Below are positions 60,344 through 64,000 of a DNA stretch of 64,000 nucleotides, in pieces; position 1 is the stretch's first letter; each line of letters opens with the position of its first letter. This stretch comes from Klebsormidium nitens (Eukaryota > Plantae > Klebsormidiophyceae). Made by a program: the position numbers and the translations under genes. A model generated the notes under the pieces. The model saw only the letters and a list, made by a program, of their open reading frames with translations, did not search any database and had not been told where the DNA came from. The DNA is taken from the NCBI GenBank assembly GCA_000708835.1, contig DF236957.1, positions 372,001 through 436,000 of the forward strand, given 5' to 3'.

Positions 60344-63300
60344 TCACACCTTCCTGGTTTTGTTGAAGATCCGGAATGCGAGGACTGCTAGGGCTTTGAA
60401 CAAGAGAGTGAACGCTATCAAAGCCAGTAAATCATAGCCCCGCCGGCTGTAGGTCAAGTTCTGCAGATCACAGCAAAACAGAAGTGTCAAGGTCTTTCTT
60501 CGAGACAACGACAGCCTTGTCAACAGCCATTCGGCGGTAGTCGTTACGAAGATAGTAAAGAGGAACATAAACGCCCATTGAGGACAAACTGTAAGGCTGT
60601 TACGAATAATTTCCCAACACCCAAAAGGAACATAGAGAGGGGAAGGAGCAGAACACATACGAAATGCACATGCTTCGTCACAAGCTCACAACCTGCCAAA
60701 GCGAAGAGAGCCGACGACAACGTAAGACTACAGGACGGGGGAAAGGGTCTCGCATTTAAACATTCTCCCTGCATTACCGGCATCAAACAGTTCTTCCTTC
60801 AAGCGACGGGACGAGCCTTCGTGAATCGCACTTGTACCCGTCTCTAAGCGATAACGGCAGCAAACGAGGGATGTAGAATAGAGTTATCGCACTCACCCAT
60901 TCTCCCTGCACAACCGGCCATGTGATCCGGTTAAAGTTCGGATGGTCCAATAGCCGCTCACAGCGGCACTGGGGGCACGCGTTCCCGTCGATGAGGCAAC
61001 CCGCAAGAATGCAGTTCGGCGTGCTAGTGTTGCAGTAAAAGGCGACACTAGCGAGACAGTTGAACGCGTACTGGAGCGGGTTAAGCCAGAAAAGCCAGAC
61101 GTAAAAGTCGGGGATGTTGGCGCGGTTAACGAGGTAACCCGAGGTTAGGCTCCAGAGGGTGGTGAAGAAGGTGAGGATGAGCGCGGCGACCTGGGGAGGG
61201 TTAAGAAGAGGGTTAGGGCGAGACCACGAGGGACGGCAAACACTCGGGGGGTTCAGCAAAAAGATAGGAACGATTAGCAGCGACAAAGGGACTTTGGGTA
61301 GCTGCAACATTTCCTCGAATGGAGACGCTGAAGAGAGCAGGGTACAGAAAAGATGACGATGGAATCGAACAAAGAAAAGAACGCCCAGAGAAGGGAGAAA
61401 GGCTATAAGGATCATGATGTTGTTTCTAACCGGGGCAGGTAGCGTGCATCTCACAAACTTGGAAGACGAAGAAAGGCTGGTGTACAATGAAGCCACATGT
61501 ACCGATCTCGGGTGGCTTTGAGCAGTTTTTTGGGCAGTGCGAGATGCATCTAGACTGTTAGCGCGCTCTTCACCAACGGAACCAAGCACACTAGATGCAA
61601 GAACTAGATGCAAGTCATAGACCAAAAATTGTTAAGCGCTCGAACTTTACCTTGGCGTTGAGCGCGACCTCGGCCACAAGCAGCCCGAAGTAGACCATGG
61701 CCAGGGTGTAGAGAAAGACGGCTGCGAGTGACGTCAGGAAAGTGGTGCCTGACGTCAGCGCGATGTCAGCCATGCCGTAGACGATGATGGTGAAGATGAA
61801 AGACGTCACCAGCAGGAAAGGCAGCTGCAAGAGGAGAAGGGCATCGTTAGGAGGGGGGTTACGGATAGGGTCAAATGGGCTTTTGGGAAAGGCCGAGTCC
61901 GTGGCCCAAGAAGACCTGCCACAGGGACACCCTTAATCCCTACAAAGGTCGACCACAATCACGCGGTTCCTCACAGGCTGCTCGAGTAAGGAAATGGACA
62001 ATATATTGGGCTCAGAGTACTGTCTGCTCGGCCTAGAGGGTTGTCAAAGCAATAAGAGTACAGGGAAGCAAACGGAGGATGTGGTCGGCAAAATGGCAAC
62101 TCCATTGTCTCAACAACGATACCAGGCGGGACGCACTTGGGCAATGAGAGGGAGTCAGCGAAACGCTGCGGTCTTCAAAGTGCAAAACAGCGCAATCTCA
62201 ACAGCACCACCCGATGCTTTTGGAACCACAAAGGCTGCATCACGGATGTCAAACTAGGACCGCCTCAAAAGAAGATGCGCCCACCTCCGCGAAACCCCAG
62301 GCGAGGCTGTAATTGAGCGCGCTGTAGGCCGACACGTGGCGCTCTCGCAGGTACATGGGCTGCTCGCGGTTCCAGGCCATCACCACAAACACCGCGTTCA
62401 TCAGGCCGAAGAGTAGCACGGCGAGGTAGATCACTCCGACACGTGACACCACGCCGGAGGTAGTGTCTTGGCCAACCTGCGTGGGAGATAGCGAGTGTCA
62501 AGCCAAATGTATGGGTTGTGGAAAACAAAGTCAAGAAGTGAGTTTCCAAGGTTGAAGAGCACAAGAAACGACGAGAACCGAGCCGGAATTTGTGTCTGGG
62601 TCAAAATCTGGAAGGACGTATAGAATTTGAAAGGACAGTGGTACGGAGTTTGAGCAAAGAATCTAGTTTCGCATTTGTCAGCAGAATAGCAGCACAGACA
62701 GGTGTGTCGCGCTCCCGCGTGACACAATGTCGTAGCGTGTGCCTTGACCAAGCTACAGAAAAGATGCGCTGGCGTCAACAGGCACATAAGGGGTGGTCAG
62801 AAGGAGCACCGAAGCTACAGCAGATCTCACCTTGAAGCAGAGCGAGCCCAGGATGAGCGCGAGTAGGATGCCCATGAGCGCGCGCCCGAAGCTGTTGTTC
62901 ACGTTCCGCCAGAAGGTGCGCACCGCGCGCTTCGTCACCTCGCCCTGCCGCCGCCAGGGGGGCGCCGCATAGCCCTGCCAAAAAGTCAGCGGAATGACGT
63001 CAGCAAAACGCCTCCTTAGGGGCCCGTCCCGGCACAGACGCATCGAAGTCGTCTGAATGCAAGTTTGTCATCAGAAATGCCCCTCCCCGCCATTATTGCG
63101 GTCAGTGTCTCTACTTGATACAATTCCAAACGGTGCCTTTCGAACTTGCTTCGACTCTCATGAAGGGCGTATGACCCCACGAGAATCGCTGTCATCCAAC
63201 AACTAAGAAGGTGGAGCGTTTCAAAACAAGATACTTCAAAGCTGAAGAAAAGGCGGAAGCACACGGAAAGCGATGGACCGACCTCTTCCGAAAAGTCCGG

Positions 63301-64000
63301 CCCCGCCTCGCCCTTGCTCCAGCGCAGCGTATCGAGTTCCTCTGCATTGACGTCATACAGCTCGCTCTTCTTGTAGTCTATAGCGTACTCTCGGTGCGCC
63401 ACGCGCGTAATTCCGGCGCCGATTACCTCCATGATGTACGACGCGGGGTTCTGGTTGTCGCCGCACGCGACAGTTCCGGGTATCGCCTGAGACATGGGGA
63501 AGGATATTCAATATGGATGATAAGAAGATTGGTGCAATCTGCTCGATTGAAGCGGAGGCATGTTGACAGCGGATCCCGAGGACCTGCTTGTGACGATGCT
63601 GGATTCCGATTGGACTGCAAAAAGGTAAGAAATTTGAGCGTCTGCACTGCATTGTCGCGACAAGACTTTATGCCGGTCAAGGTTCACCAGCCGATATTGA
63701 GCTGCAAAATTGCAGAGAAGTGAACTCCTGCATCTATCGATCTTGACAGTTTTTGGGAACAACATGTCAGGAAAGGAACGCACAAGCAAGCAAGCCCGCC
63801 GCAGACCACTGAAACCCAGAGTCAGCAAAAATGGCCCATAAACAAAGACGCCAGCCCACCTCGAAGTATTTGACCACGTTTTCTCCGTCAGGCCCGATTG
63901 GCCCGAAGAAGACGGTCTCCCCCCCGAACTTAAGCAACAGCAGCATGTCGAATGCGGAGAAGAGGCGCGCGCTGGGCTGGTGTGACGTCATCACAATCGT
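60344..64000 (-). CDS. ABCG/PDR transporter, 3' portion (end of NBD plus TMD); gene continues beyond window
   Basis: Exons 64000-63860, 63486-63283, 62974-62831, 62476-62285, 61824-61651, 61190-60897, 60460-60344. MTSHQPSARLFSAFDMLLLLKFGGETVFFGP, NPASYIMEV, YLRER, AELPF, WLFWLNPLQY. Confidence 0.93.

Overview
Intron-rich eukaryotic nuclear DNA. The gene set (plant-type tetraspanin, phytocyanin, PAO-like Rieske oxygenase, plant-like eL21) suggests a green-lineage organism, probably a streptophyte alga such as Klebsormidium; this is inference. I assembled spliced gene models by hand from splice signals and frame continuity. In order: degenerate LINE remnant (-); cyanobacterial-type beta-hydroxyacid dehydrogenase (+, 5' exon missing); intronless F-box/LRR protein (-); 20-N gap; four-repeat C4 Zn-ribbon protein (+, partial); 10-exon tetraspanin (-); RPL21 (+); unknown 2-TM membrane protein with PAC/TMEM206- and DEG/ENaC-like motifs (-); Tourist-like MITE; secreted beta-prism-like x2 plus CAP protein (+); epsin/ENTH (-); Mutator-like MITE; mitochondrial bS6 with acidic tail (+); QCR7 (-); PAO/PTC52-like oxygenase (+); phytocyanin (-); Sel1-repeat protein (+); 3' part of an ABCG/PDR transporter (-). 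Top leads: (1) a candidate DEG/ENaC/PAC-superfamily ion channel in a plant-lineage genome; (2) a probable AT-AC intron with a U2-like donor in RPL21; (3) a textbook U12 intron and duplicated splice junctions in the tetraspanin gene, including a possible snapshot of intron gain by tandem duplication. No database searches were run; family calls rest on recalled motifs.
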